NCBI GenBank assembly: GCA_964019335.1
Contig: OZ025708.1
Location: 248,001 to 312,000 of the forward strand
Source of the DNA: Diplonema japonicum
Lineage: Eukaryota; Protista; Euglenozoa: Diplonemea
Reading direction: 5' to 3'
DNA: 64,000 nucleotides
Within the stretch, counting starts at the first letter, position 1; every line of letters begins with the position of its first letter. A model generated the notes under the pieces. That model ran no database searches. It was not told the origin of the DNA and saw nothing but the letters and a program-made list of their open reading frames with translations. This document shows, in pieces, positions 1 to 11,846 of this stretch. A program made the translations under genes and the position numbers.

Positions 1-168
1 AAAATTTGTGGAACAAGAGCCCTTCTTCTTCTTCATTTCATTTTTATTTCATTTCTGAAGCCCTTCAAGACAAGCACACATGGAAAATAAAAACAAAAAA
101 AGGATGTGGGAGAAAAAGAACGAAGAGAAAAGAATGGATGGAAAGAGATCAGATGAAGGGTGAACGAT

Positions 169-856
169 ATGACAGTGTTCGTGAAGACGGGAGGCGGGGT
201 TCACGATGTGAAAGTGTCAGGGAAGGAGACGGTGGGGAGCCTGTACAAGAAGGCGGGGTGTGCTGCTGGTTTACTCGAAGGCAGGTTCAAACTGTCTTGG
301 GAGGGAGAGGTCCTGGACAGGAACGGGGGTGAAGAGCTTCAGGGACTTGGGCTCGTGGAGGGCTGTGTGGTCCATGTGGAGGCGAAGATGAGAACCAATG
401 TTTCTAACATTGCTTCTTCGTTCTTATCAGGGTGTAGAGAACTAGACACCATCAACTTGAATTCGATGACCAATGTTTCTTCCATCGGTGATTATTTCTT
501 GTTTTGGTGCAGCAACTTAGAAACCATCGACTTGAGTTCGATGACCAATCTTTATTCTATTGGTTCTTGGTTTTTGAATGAGTGCTACAAACTAGAAACC
601 ATCGATTTGAGTTCTATGAACAATCTTTCTCCCATTGGTAATGGAGGCCTTTACAAAGCCTCTTGTTAGTTCCGCGGTCCGGTGGAGAGGGACGAAACTG
701 CATTGCAGCGCATAATAGCCAACCAAGCTTTGGCCCTGACTTTGCGTTTACAGGTAGTGGGTAAGAGGACCCGCCGACGACAGGGACGATCACTAACAAA
801 TATTTATTCCCTTGGTAATAATTTCTTGGCTGAGTGCAACAAACTAAAAACCATCT
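169..856 (+). pseudogene. Ubiquitin-like N-terminus plus 25-aa LRR (BspA-like) repeats, interrupted by a ~150-bp insertion
   Basis: MTVFVKTGGG...VVHVEAK looks ubiquitin-like. 75-bp LRR units (TNxxSIGxxFLxxCxxLETIDLSSM) lie at 394-468, 469-543 and 544-618, with a partial unit at 619-642. Foreign sequence with a stop follows at ~643-790, then the LRR resumes (TNIYSLGNNFLAECNKLKTI). Confidence 0.65.
646..724 (+). repeat. Dispersed repeat copy A: 3' half of a hammerhead-ribozyme-like motif
   Basis: GGCCTTTACAAAGCCTCTTGTTAGTT..GCGGTCCGGTGG..AGGGACGAAAC matches 13835-13930. It is followed by a near-palindrome, CTGCATTGCAG. Confidence 0.7.
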
Positions 857-869
857 TTTTTTTTTAGAA

Positions 870-1360
870 CCGACAACTATACTGTCAGTTTTAATTGCTT
901 CTGTGGCCCTTTTCCTATTTCGCTCGCACCGATGCCGAGCTATCCACCAGGTGGACACGAATAGTGGCATCGACAAGTCACGTGGGGTGCACTTTCAGAC
1001 TGAGCACGACGTTCACTTCATGTCAAGCAAGACGCCATTGAAGGCACCGCAGGAGATATGGGAGAACGTTGTAAGAGCTTTCATTGTCGCGCTCGAGCTG
1101 CAGGACAAGAAGCTCGAAGCAGAGCTCCGCCGCCGAGACATTCTGGTCGCCATGTTGTCCTTTTTTGGCATCATAAGCATTGGTGCTTCTGCAGTGATCA
1201 CGTGGTACGCCAATCCTGCACGCGAGTCAGGGCTCCCAAACCCTACAATGACCTCGATCCTTCACCAAATGGGAAGGTAATATGCCAAGTGCTGAGATAC
1301 CTCACGTTGGGGTCCACAGTGCTGTGTTTGATTGCTTTCACGCTTTTACAATGGTATTAG
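870..1360 (+). pseudogene. Frameshifted membrane-protein fragment, weakly resembling the S1-S2 region of SK-type K+ channels
   Basis: ELRRRDILVAMLSFFGIISI and, in another frame, VLRYLTLGSTVLCLIAF. No clear start; truncated by the piggyBac relic. Confidence 0.25.
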
Positions 1361-1368
1361 CAAGGTCT

Positions 1369-2245
1369 TTACAGTAGATCGACAAGTTGAACACGACCCT
1401 GTGTCAGATCCTGTCCGGTGACAGCCTCACCTGTCCTCTTTGCAGGCTGGAATACTCTGAAGCGATGCCTACCGTGTGACTTGATCATACTCTCATCAAT
1501 GATCGATTCTCCGGGGGAATAGTGTTGCAGACAGGTAGGGGAGCAAGAATCTTTTTTTTTTTGCAACCTGTCTGTCTCTTCACCCCTCCAAAATGCAACG
1601 ACCGCTGTCAGCGCAAAAGCAGTAACGTTTCATTACACTTGCCAAAAAAAGGTGTGGCGAGGGCACAAATGGTCGGCCAGTAATCTTTTATGCCAACCTT
1701 GCGGATGATGTCCATGAGCACCCACAAGGCCAGAAACTGATAGATATCGTCCACAGTGAAGTCAAAGTCGGGGTTGTGGTACTTGCAAACGGTGCAAAGA
1801 GATTTCACAAACCCATTTGAGCTGAACAGCTTGGAAATCCTTGATGCACTCATGTGGGAAAAGGGTGATTTCTGCCCCCCTGTGCCCTGTCACTTCTTAC
1901 GCGTAACCTGCGTAATATCGCTCTCCCAGGGCATATTTTCACTATTCTCGTCACTACTGGCGCTAGGTGAGGTCCCATCGTCAGTGAGAATGTCCCCTTT
2001 GGCACTCCCGAACTCGTCTGAATCAGTACTGCTCATTTGAGCTTTCGTGCCACCAAAAACTGGTTTCGAGGGTGTTTTTGGAGGTTAATTTAGGGGCCAA
2101 AAGTGATTTTCGATGGAAAAGAAATCGCGGAACTAGGTCATTCTGTGCAAGGGTAAGGGTCTATGGTACTTAAAATGCCTATACAATTTTTTTTTTTAAA
2201 TTTTTTGATCGCTAGATATCTAGCGCTCCGTCCTTTAATGGTTAA
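1369..2245 (-). mobile_element. Degenerate piggyBac-family DNA transposon (5' end and transposase fragments)
   Basis: Minus-strand peptides TVDDIYQFLALWVLMDIIRKVGIKDYW..TPFF and IIDESMIKSHGR (first catalytic Asp region). The terminus reads TTAA-CCATTAAAGGACGG on the minus strand (TTAA at 2242-2245), next to a palindrome CGCTAGATATCTAGCG. Confidence 0.8.
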
Positions 2246-3062
2246 AAAAAAAAAAAAGTGTTATTTAGTCACATTTGTTGTCTCATTGAAGGAAATGGAG
2301 TCTGCTGAGTGGGCGAAACACAAGATTCTTCGTTGCTGACAGCTAGGCCTCACATTCTGAAGAAGCAGGCGAAGGGCGCGTACGCCGTGTATGTCTGCTA
2401 GTGTTAACAGTTAATTACGTTGTACAACTTTTGATTGATTTTACTCAAAAAAAAAAAAGAAGGCTTTTTACCCTGCCGAAGGTTGTTAGATAAGTCTCAC
2501 TCTGGCAAATGCTTGGCTTGTTTGGAAAGAAGCATTGCCCCCCAACACCCTGAGTACGAACGACAGTGGATTCACGCCTTCAAAGAGGCAGTCATCGAAG
2601 GCCTACTACTTGTGGGGGTGGGCCTGCTGTGGGCACCCTCTCTCTAGAATTGGGACATCTAGAGGCATTTCCGGGGGCATATAGCCCCGGCGTTGCGCTA
2701 GAATAGTTTTTTTTTGAGGTTTTGAAAATTTACCCCCTGGTGGGCAAAAATGGTCCGTTGGTAGATGGTTAACTCCAGCAAAATTTTCATGGGTGAGAGT
2801 GAAGATAAGGATTCACTTTGTTTCACTCCTGACTTTATTTTCACGCTCCGGCTTCTAAGAAATTAGGCCCAGGAGTGAAAAACCTTTAGCACCGAGGTAT
2901 GGCATCGTCCGCCACGCCTATGCAGCGCTGATGTTCGCAGGAAACATGTGCACTACCGAGGCACACATCCGACACCTGTTGTAATTGGTACCACCTGTAC
3001 CTCCCACCCACTCAAATTTTGCTGTCGTTAAATAAAATATCGTATTTGTGAATATAAGATTG

Positions 3063-3174
3063 ATGATTTCACTTGTGGTGGCAGTTTTGACTCATTAAAC
3101 ATTATTATAACACTCGCTTCGCTCTTGATATAACCATCACTCGTCAAAACCACTGCCACCACGTGTGAAATCAT
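3063..3174. repeat. ~30-bp imperfect inverted repeat (long hairpin), probably a transposon-end relic
   Basis: ATGATTTCACTTGTGGTGGCAGTTTTGAC ... GTCAAAACCACTGCCACCACGTGTGAAATCAT. The arm ATGATTTCACTTGTGG recurs near 55002. Confidence 0.6.
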
Positions 3175-3313
3175 AGGATCTTATATTCACTAAATAAATA
3201 GTTATTGTTTTTGTTGTGGTAAAAATCTATTCGGGGGAAGAAAAAAGAAAAAAGAAAAAAAAAAAAAGGAGAAAAAAAAAAAATAACAACAACAAAAAAA
3301 AAAAAAAAAGAAA

Positions 3314-5539
3314 ATGACCGAAATAAACGAGGAGAAAAGCAAAAAAGCACTGCAACTGAGCGTGCTGGCGTACGAAGAGAAAGAGCTGATCGCAAAGTGG
3401 GTAGCAGGTGACGACGTCGACATGACAGGCTCCAAGGTGTGGTTCGACAGCTGCCTGAAACAAACGGACATGAAGGGGATCCGCGCAGTGTACTTTGGTG
3501 AAGACCCTGTAGGAGGCTTCCACAAGGCACAGTGGCTCGCCGGCGAGTGCGACGGGGTCCTGTACATAGCGTTCAAGGGCACCGACAACGCGACTGACTT
3601 CCTACTAGACACAAGCCTTTCCGATGTCCTTACACCCTCAGGATGCCGCGTGCACTGCGGCTTCTACTCCGGAATCCAACAAGAACTCCCCATCATCTTA
3701 GACCTGTGCAACGCACATAAATGCAACAACATTGTGTTCTGCGGCCACTCTCTAGGCGGTGCCTACGCGACTCTATCATGCTTGGAACTCACCGCATCGC
3801 TTCGCTGGGAACGCGGGTCAATCACGGAAGCAATCACATTCGGAGCACCGCTTACCATATGCGGGGGAAGCGAAGACGGTCCTCCTGTGCTTCCCTCGAA
3901 AATCTCGTTGAACCCACCGAAAATGACCCATTTCGTGGCAAATTTTGACGTGGTGCCCAGGCTGCTTGCTTTCAACCGCAAGGCTGCGATATCATTCCTC
4001 GAGGAAATCCCAATGCTTATCGCGTCAGGGCCGTTGTCCACTGTGGTGAGCCTCGCACAGAAAGCAGGCTATGCAAAGGCAGACGCACTCATCAACGCTA
4101 CGCAGCATCTGCGATCATGTTTTAGATGTGTCGGGACTTATGTAATGTGCACCTCTGTTGTGGTTGGGAAGAGGAGGACGGCGAGCTTCACTGTGGTACC
4201 GCCGTCTAGCGGGGCGTGGAACCAAACCGCGCAAGAACACCTGAAGTTCTTCCCGCCGTTCGAGTCATCCGCCACATCCTTCACAGAAGGCGCATCGTCT
4301 GCAGCAAGACAGGATTTCGTCAAACAAGCCATCAACGACCACTACCTCGCAGGGTCTTACTGGGTCATCCTCGACCAGCTCCAGAACAGCACGAAAATGA
4401 CAAACAGCGGGCTGACAAAAAGAGTCGCCGACCCAGCAAGCGGTGTTGTCAACGGACTGGTGACATTTGACCCCATGGCGTCGATGGGACTTGTAGAGCC
4501 GAATGAGGTGATCTTGGCAAACATGTCCGAGCACGACCAGAAGGCATGGGGACAGCTCGTGGAGGACTTAAAGAGGTTGTCGAAGTCCGCGATGCACGCT
4601 CGTGACCAAGCGCTTGCAAAGCACACTGTGGATACACCTCTGCATGAACAGGTTCCTCCGAAGCTCGTCTGCCCTGTTGCCAGCGCTGTGGTTGGGAACA
4701 TCGGCAGCGAGTCGCCAGCACCGTCACCCTCCGAAAAGAACAAAAAGAAGACCCCCATCACCATATACGTAGTTAACATGGTGCAGAATAACGGTGTTGC
4801 CGTGACCTTGCCCGGGAACAGCGGGTGGTCGGAAACCATTGCTTACAAGACAGGGTGCCAGGTCGCGACGTTCCCAGGGGAGGCACTAAGCATCACCACG
4901 AACACACCATTATCGCCGGAGATCGTCGTGAAATTCCCGCACGACAGCAAGAACGATAGGAAGTGCATTGTGATTGAAAGCTCGGGGGGTGTCGGTGACG
5001 TTGTGTGGGAAACAAAGGTCAAGGAGGTCAAGAAGGATGGGGGGTCGTGGTTCAGAAACCCGTGGGAGAAGAAGAAGAAATACGAGGATGACGAAAAAGA
5101 ATTCGAGACAGAGAAGGTGTCGGTGCTTCACCCGGCAGGAGACTGCCGGACCGCACACCTTCACAACTATTCGAAGTACCTCGAGCTGAATGACGTTACG
5201 TTTGCTGCTGTCGATGCATCGCCTCGTGGGGTAGGCTGTGCCGAGTGTGACTGGACAAAGGGCGATAAGTGTACCGGCTGTTCAGCTGTGTTTAGCAAAC
5301 TTGGCAAGTTGTCTCGTCACCACTGCCGGGAGTGCGGTACTTCTGTGTGTCACGACTGCTCTCCGAGCACGTACTACAACTCGCTCAGCCCTCAGTCACC
5401 CGTTCGTATCTGCAAGGGGTGCCAGAAACGGCTTTTTCGCCACATCGAGGAAACGACGAATGCCAGAACCGCCAAGCCTGTGGAAAAGGCTGCGGATCAC
5501 TTGATTCAGAAACAGCAGCAAGTGCAGCCTCAGTGGTGA
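3314..5539 (+). CDS. Class 3 lipase with C-terminal FYVE zinc finger (741 aa)
   Basis: Lipase motifs IAFKGT, VHCGF, CGHSLGG (nucleophile elbow) and DVVPRL. FYVE motifs CTGC..RHHCRECG..CHDC..VRICKGC. Confidence 0.9.
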   Translation: MTEINEEKSKKALQLSVLAYEEKELIAKWVAGDDVDMTGSKVWFDSCLKQTDMKGIRAVYFGEDPVGGFHKAQWLAGECDGVLYIAFKGTDNATDFLLDTSLSDVLTPSGCRVHCGFYSGIQQELPIILDLCNAHKCNNIVFCGHSLGGAYATLSCLELTASLRWERGSITEAITFGAPLTICGGSEDGPPVLPSKISLNPPKMTHFVANFDVVPRLLAFNRKAAISFLEEIPMLIASGPLSTVVSLAQKAGYAKADALINATQHLRSCFRCVGTYVMCTSVVVGKRRTASFTVVPPSSGAWNQTAQEHLKFFPPFESSATSFTEGASSAARQDFVKQAINDHYLAGSYWVILDQLQNSTKMTNSGLTKRVADPASGVVNGLVTFDPMASMGLVEPNEVILANMSEHDQKAWGQLVEDLKRLSKSAMHARDQALAKHTVDTPLHEQVPPKLVCPVASAVVGNIGSESPAPSPSEKNKKKTPITIYVVNMVQNNGVAVTLPGNSGWSETIAYKTGCQVATFPGEALSITTNTPLSPEIVVKFPHDSKNDRKCIVIESSGGVGDVVWETKVKEVKKDGGSWFRNPWEKKKKYEDDEKEFETEKVSVLHPAGDCRTAHLHNYSKYLELNDVTFAAVDASPRGVGCAECDWTKGDKCTGCSAVFSKLGKLSRHHCRECGTSVCHDCSPSTYYNSLSPQSPVRICKGCQKRLFRHIEETTNARTAKPVEKAADHLIQKQQQVQPQW

Positions 5540-5662
5540 AAAAAAAAAAAAAAAGAAGAAGAAAAAAAAATGGTGTTCCCCAGAACAGTTGTGTTTCTCT
5601 CATTGACCGTTGTGAACGTGACAAAATTTCTCGTTGTCGAGACTTTGAGGGGAGGGGAAGGG

Positions 5663-5696
<34 letters not shown>

Positions 5697-6429
5697 ACAA
5701 AAACTTTAGTTTAGTTTGGTTACGCAATATGAAAATGAAGAAAAAAAAATGAAAAAAAAAAAGTAAAAGCGTCGTGTGCACAAACAAATGGAGTGCCAAA
5801 AACAAGGTTTTCTTTTTACCCCCTCTTTTTTTTTTTTCTCTCCCCCTTTTCTTCTCCTTACAACCCTTTCAAGAAATGGGTTAAAAATAGCCCCCCCCCC
5901 CCCCCCCCCTCCCCGGCCACCACCACTACCAACCCGTTTTTTTCTTGCCACATTCTTAGAAAAAGAAATCGAGCTTTTTCTCCGTCCTTCAGTCCCCCCC
6001 CCCTTTTTTTTACAATAGTTTCCCCCTGTTGTACATGCACTGCAGCCATCATGGAGGAGCCCTGAAGGAATATTGGAAGTCGAATTCCCTTCGGTTAGGG
6101 TGCAGGAGCAGCTTCGCCCAAACCGCAGTAGTTAGAACGATTCCATTGTTTTTCTTCTTCTTCTTCTTCTTCTACGGGATTGTTTCATTCGTAATATGCT
6201 TTGCAGTTGACTTAGTTACGAACTTGTGTTTTTCAACACAAGGAACAAGACATAGACGACCAGCAGTCCCTGCAGACAACGAGAGGCGTGCAAAGTGCCG
6301 CAATGCAAATGTCTGTCGTGCCTACACACATTCTCTTCTCAGCCATCTGTTGCTTGATTTGTTTCCAGTTTCAGCATTCTCTGACCAAGCGACAACACAG
6401 GCGAATTAAAAAAAAAGAAGAATACAGCA

Positions 6430-8934
6430 ATGCCGAGCATCAAGGTGCTGAACATTTCGCTTGTGCTCTTGTGCATCTTGGTGACCGCCTTCATCTGCAC
6501 GTTCCTCGCGATCAGCAGCGGTGACACGGCTTTGGACGACACGAAGCTGTCGCGCGACACATCTGTGTCCTCATGCTTCGCTGTCGGGGAGGAGAGTGTG
6601 CAGAATCGCACAACAGAGTACCTCGACCTGCTGATGGAGGGTGTCACTGATTACGTGTACAAATTCCTCGAACCGAAGAACCAGCTCATACGGGAGTGGG
6701 TGAATGAGATCGAGGCAAACCCCTGGGACAGTGTGAAGCACTGGGATTGGCACAACCTGGCGAGGTACTATTGGGCCTTCAGGAACCAGCAGGCGAGTGG
6801 TGTCAACGCTGTTGGTGTAACCTTGAGAAACCAACTACAAATTGGATTAATGGAACTAGGTACATCGTCAAGAGGCCCAGACGAGTACCACCACCGCAGA
6901 GGATTCTTCAACTACGGCACGGACCACCCTTTGGGTGGGTCGTGGAAAGGGTTCACAGCCGACGTAAATCAAACCACAGGCCAACCGCTGGTCAATGACG
7001 CGCTCACCGATGTAAACTGGGACTTTAAGACGTGCAGGGAGTCCTCTATGGCCACCAATGGGTCTGTCCTTGACGAACCGTGTGGATCCCCATGGCCTCC
7101 TGATGATTTCTCTGGGGAAATACATCCCCCTAAAGGGACAGCAAGTTGGAGCCCCCCAACCCCCATAATGCCGGGTCTCCTTGCAATTGATCTCGAAGGT
7201 CCCGTGTACCACGGCATCTGGTCGGGACGGATATTCGTCGGCATCGACTTGCAGGTCGTCAAGACCTTCCTTCAGCAGCTGAAGATAGGGGGCCCTGTGG
7301 AGGGGCACCCTTCGAGGAGCCGTGTCTACATCACTGTTAGAAGCAATAAGCAAAACCCCCTTGCAGCTGGTAACCTAGTAGGTGCATCTCACGGCAGCGT
7401 GACGGCCGTGGCGAACGTGACAACAAACGATCTCGCCCCCATGGTCCCCATCAACAGCTCGGACCCCATCATAAGTGGCATTGCCACAGCGGTGGAGGAA
7501 AATGGGATAGACCTTGACGAGAAGGCTGCTACCGGGAGCACAACAAACATGAACATCACTACCTCCTACGCACCCGGCGGTGAGGTCTTCTACTACAAGG
7601 TTGGAAGGGTGGTGGACGAGAACGGGGCCGACTGGTACGTGCACGTCGTGATGGACAGGGCGTACATCCTGGGGGAGATCGACAGGAAGACGACGGAGAC
7701 TCGTGACACGATCAGCGCTGCGGAGAAGAAGGTGGAGGACGACCTGGACAAGGCTCGCACGTTGCTCTACGTGCTCGTCATCGTCGTGGCTGTTGTCCTC
7801 ATCGTTGTGTCTGTTGTCTTCGTCCTCAAGATCATCGAACCCCTCGTTGTGCTGGAGAGGGAGATGGCGATGGTGGCAGTCATGAAGCTTGAGGGGGTGG
7901 ACACCGGGAGGCCTCTCAGCATCTTGCAGGAGGTTCGCCTCATGCAGGTTAGCTTCCTACAGATGATGAAGAACCTTGTGGAGTACAGGAACTACATGCC
8001 GGCCTCTGTTCTTCAGGATGAGAGCGAGGAGGAAGAGGAAGAGGAGGAGGAGAAGAAGGTACTGGGGAAGAGCGCGGCCAAGTCGAGCAGAGGCAGCATG
8101 GCACAGACGAGGTCGTCGGTTGGGACGTCTGTCGCCAACCGGCACACCGCACTCGGGTCGATGGAGGCGAAGCAGAAGCGGGTGACGCTGATGGCATGCA
8201 ACATGCTTGGATTCCTGGACAACACCGCGAAGGTGCTGGGGAGCATCGCTGACTACCTTTCGGCTGGGCTTGTTCTTGTGAAGGGGACGAAGGGGATCCC
8301 CGACGGGTTCAGTGGGGACAGGCTGTACGTGTCGTGGAACGGTGTGCGGCCTTGCTCCTCTCACAAGACGGCGGCCTACAAGTGTGCAAGGGGGTTCACA
8401 ATAGAAAAGTCTCTTGGGAAGAAGTTCTCTATCGGGATCGTGTCTGGGGATGTGAAGTGCGGGAACATGGGATGCGACGGGATGAAGAAGTTCTCGTTCG
8501 TCGGGTCACTGGCGTCGTGGGTCCACATCGTGGAGCGGGTGGGAAGGGTGAGGGGCTCCAACATCACGATAGACAGTGTGGTGCACGAGGAGGTGGCGAA
8601 CGCGGCCTTCACGAGGCTCCTGCAGCATGTTGTGTACGCGAAGCACTCCCCGAAGGTGCTCCTCCTCCACGAGGCGATGCAAGAGAAGGAGGTTCAAGAG
8701 GAGGAGTGGATGTATCAGCTGGAGGAAGGGAACAAACAAGACAAGAATGCACCTTATAACACAAGCTTCAGGCTGTTCATGAAGGAGGATGTGGAAGAAG
8801 CGATCAAGGCACTCGAAGGCTATGAGGACACAGGCTCCGAGGTGGTGAAGTTGTACAAGGAGAAGCTGAATGCAGCACTAAACAGCAAGGCACTTTGCAA
8901 ACCTTATGGCGAGTTAGAGCGGGTTGTAGGCTAA
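6430..8934 (+). CDS. Receptor-type class III nucleotidyl cyclase-like protein (2 TM, extracellular sensor, HAMP-like linker), degenerate active site
   Basis: N-terminal TM, large extracellular region, second TM (LLYVLVIVVAVVLIVVSVVFVL) and HAMP-like helix. Cyclase-fold motifs FSGDRLYVSWN, IGIVSG and GNMG..KKFSFVG. Confidence 0.8.
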   Translation: MPSIKVLNISLVLLCILVTAFICTFLAISSGDTALDDTKLSRDTSVSSCFAVGEESVQNRTTEYLDLLMEGVTDYVYKFLEPKNQLIREWVNEIEANPWDSVKHWDWHNLARYYWAFRNQQASGVNAVGVTLRNQLQIGLMELGTSSRGPDEYHHRRGFFNYGTDHPLGGSWKGFTADVNQTTGQPLVNDALTDVNWDFKTCRESSMATNGSVLDEPCGSPWPPDDFSGEIHPPKGTASWSPPTPIMPGLLAIDLEGPVYHGIWSGRIFVGIDLQVVKTFLQQLKIGGPVEGHPSRSRVYITVRSNKQNPLAAGNLVGASHGSVTAVANVTTNDLAPMVPINSSDPIISGIATAVEENGIDLDEKAATGSTTNMNITTSYAPGGEVFYYKVGRVVDENGADWYVHVVMDRAYILGEIDRKTTETRDTISAAEKKVEDDLDKARTLLYVLVIVVAVVLIVVSVVFVLKIIEPLVVLEREMAMVAVMKLEGVDTGRPLSILQEVRLMQVSFLQMMKNLVEYRNYMPASVLQDESEEEEEEEEEKKVLGKSAAKSSRGSMAQTRSSVGTSVANRHTALGSMEAKQKRVTLMACNMLGFLDNTAKVLGSIADYLSAGLVLVKGTKGIPDGFSGDRLYVSWNGVRPCSSHKTAAYKCARGFTIEKSLGKKFSIGIVSGDVKCGNMGCDGMKKFSFVGSLASWVHIVERVGRVRGSNITIDSVVHEEVANAAFTRLLQHVVYAKHSPKVLLLHEAMQEKEVQEEEWMYQLEEGNKQDKNAPYNTSFRLFMKEDVEEAIKALEGYEDTGSEVVKLYKEKLNAALNSKALCKPYGELERVVG

Positions 8935-9189
8935 GATTTGAAACTTGTTACGGACGAGAGTGTGTTTTCATGCACTCCTTGATGTCCATTATTTTTGAAC
9001 TGAGTTGAGGAACATACACATTCAGTAGCGCAAACACTTTCACCCCTCTTCTTTTTTTCCTTCCCAGAAGCGCGTTTTCGTTTCGCATTAGGAAATCTCC
9101 GTTTCCGTTTTCCTTGTTCATAAAAAAAAAGGGGGTTGTACGTGTTTCCTTGCCAACATAACCACCCCCCCCCGCATAGCCACCAGTTT

Positions 9190-11230
9190 CCGTATCACCT
9201 TTGGGTCAACAGATCACGTTGTTCGAGCCTTGACCGCTTTGCTGACTATACTACAGCTGTGAGTGTTGAGATACCCAATTAGACACCTGCCTTCCCGATT
9301 GGCTCCCACCACTGTTGCAACACGGCATGATGCGTAACATACTTTCGCCATTGCCAACAAGGAAGAAAAGACCGTGGCCGGGGAGGGTTTTATTGGCCAA
9401 GGGTGCCCGTTGTCGGTCATCGTCATCAACGCCTTGCTGTCCATCATGATACGGGCCATCGAGCAATAGCGCCGGACGCCGAGGTGCTAGCATATGCTGA
9501 CGACGCTTACCTGTTAGCGAAGCTACGCGACTCCCTACAAGCAGCGGTCGAAGGGACTCTGGAGTTCTGCGACCTGACTGGCATGAAGGTCAACGAGGAA
9601 AAGTCCGCACGGGCGTTTAGGAGTTATTATTATTTTCACTGTACCTTACAAGACAGTGACGGACCTCAAAGGGCTTGGCGTGAGGATCGACACGCGCAGG
9701 ACAGGAACGAAATGGAACAGACCATCTACGGATGCACTTGACTCACTAGACCGGCTAGGGTGCACGAGATTAGCTTTCGAGACCACACATGGTCAGCACG
9801 ACAGTACTCCCGTCATGCCTCTACAGCGGGCCGTTCTCTCCCCCATGTGACGAGACACTCAAGTAGTTGTCAACGAGGGTAACATGCAATCTGTGGGCCC
9901 GCATCATCGTGGACGATCTCCAACCGCGGTCAACACGGTCCTCTTGAAGGGGCACACCAGCGACCCCCTCTCCTATGTGATATACCACTCCCTGAGGTAG
10001 TGTCCAAAGCGCTTGACGACGAGAGACTGCGACAGAGATGCACACAGATCGCTGCGGGGTACGGCACGGGGTCCAGTAGGCAACCTGATCTGTCGGTGGC
10101 TCCCCTACATAGGGTGGAGTTGGACGCAGCTGCTAGACTGTAGGAACAAACCCTGGGCCGAGCGCGGGCACGCCTTTAGGGACGCGGTAAGGAAAGCCCG
10201 GAGTAGGTCACTGGCGAACGAAAGAAGCACAGTGAAGGGGATGGAGGCGGGAGCGATCCCAAAACCAACCAACTGTGGAAGACAGCCAAGGACCCACTCA
10301 TGCCCTACTGCCTGAGACGGGTGATCGCCGGAGGGGTCCCCTACCTTAGCCCGCATGCAGGTACGAGTCAAAGGAGCGTCCCCCTGACACCAGAAGGAGA
10401 TGGCACCGAGGAAGACGAGGACAGCATAGACCACGCCCCAACGACGGAAGTACCACGCACACAAGGGTTCAGGTGTGACCTGTGTGAGTCTCCACACCCG
10501 GACACGGTAACCTTACTCCGCCATCAGCTCTACGAGTGTGCCTGCGCACGGGAGGAGCTGGCACAGGATACTTGGCCGTGGTGGTTGAGAAGCGGGACGT
10601 GGAGCTCAGCAGAAGGAGGACGTCAACACACAGCCGCTACCGTGGGAACGAAATGTAGTAGGAAAGAGATGCCCCGTTCCGATAGCAGGCGAGCTCGAAG
10701 GGGTGGGTGGGGTCCTGTCCCAGTACCTGAACCCGCTGCTTCAATGGTTGTCACAACTGCGCTGGGTGGAGAAGGACACCACCTCGGAGGTGTCGGCGGT
10801 GGAGCTAGCCATTGACTTCGAATGGACGACCGGTAAATCATTGGGAGGCCTGCTGGAAGATAGGGCACGCAGAATCAAGGCCCTAATCGTAAAGATAAAC
10901 ACAGCGTGCAGGGCACGGAAGAAGCGACGCCCCTTCCCAGCGGACGAGCAGAAAAGAGTGAAGTCCCTCATCGCCATTGGAGGTAAGGCAGCTATAGGTT
11001 TCTCCAGGAGGCCCATTTTTGCTACCAGTCCACGCACGACAAGCTGATGGATTTGAAGGCCGCCTACAAGCGGGATCGCATCACTCGACTCCGCAAGACG
11101 CTCACAGCCTCGATCGGGATGAAAGCAATGCTCCAGAAAGGGAGAATTAACAGATAGACCCCCCCCCCCCCCCCCCCCCCCCCCTCCCATAGGGCGGCCC
11201 TCTGCGGGGGGCTTGTCCTGTACTTTGAGT
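9190..11230 (+). mobile_element. 5'-truncated, frameshifted non-LTR (LINE) retrotransposon
   Basis: RT motifs GQGCPLSVIVINALL, AYADD and GMKVNEEKS. Downstream CCHC knuckle CDLC...RHQLYEC. Multiple frameshifts and stops. Boundaries are approximate. Confidence 0.85.
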
Positions 11231-11846
11231 TTATTTTGTTTCCATTGATTTGCTTTTTCTATTATTCTTCCTCTCTTATTTATTTTATTTATAAGCAAAG
11301 TACGTGGCGGCCGAAAGGCTCCAAGTCTTTTTATTTCCAACAGAATGAAGAAGAAACTCATTGGGCGTGGATAGGGTACTTGTATTCTTTACTTCTCCTC
11401 AAATCTTATTTATTTCGTTACCCGATATAGTCTAAGAAGTTGGGATTTTCTGGACTGTTGGGGGGAGGCAGTACGGTGACAAGGCGCACTTGGGAACTTG
11501 TCTGTCGGGCCAGGGCTGCCTACACCTTTATTCCCCCGGAAACCCTTCTTGACATCCTCCCTCCGATCCATTCCGGGGTGTTCCTGCAGACCTACATTCG
11601 CATCGTACGACAAGGTGCGCTTCATCCTCGAACAGTGACTCGCAACCGGCTCACCGGGGAGGGACGACTGTGGAACAACAAGTTCGTGCTGACCTACCTC
11701 GAACCTACCCGAAAAAGCCCATCTGCCGATAAAAATGCACGCCAAATAGTGTTGCAACCAAAGCCCCATTTATTTTTTTAAAAAAAAAGAAGTACTGTAT
11801 GTATGGGCCCAGGGAGGGGGGGTAAAAACACGACAGTGGCGCGAAA

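Noticed and set aside
638-783. Insertion in the LRR gene as a spliceable intron
   Set aside because: The GT/AG pairs tested give a stop or the wrong frame, and part of an LRR unit is missing.
6029-6409. ORFs upstream of the cyclase-like gene
   Set aside because: Mixed low-complexity sequence with no coherent frame or splice model.
11440-11781. 113-aa coding-like ORF between the LINE and the kinesin
   Set aside because: No ATG start or workable upstream exon found and no recognisable motif; left unassigned.
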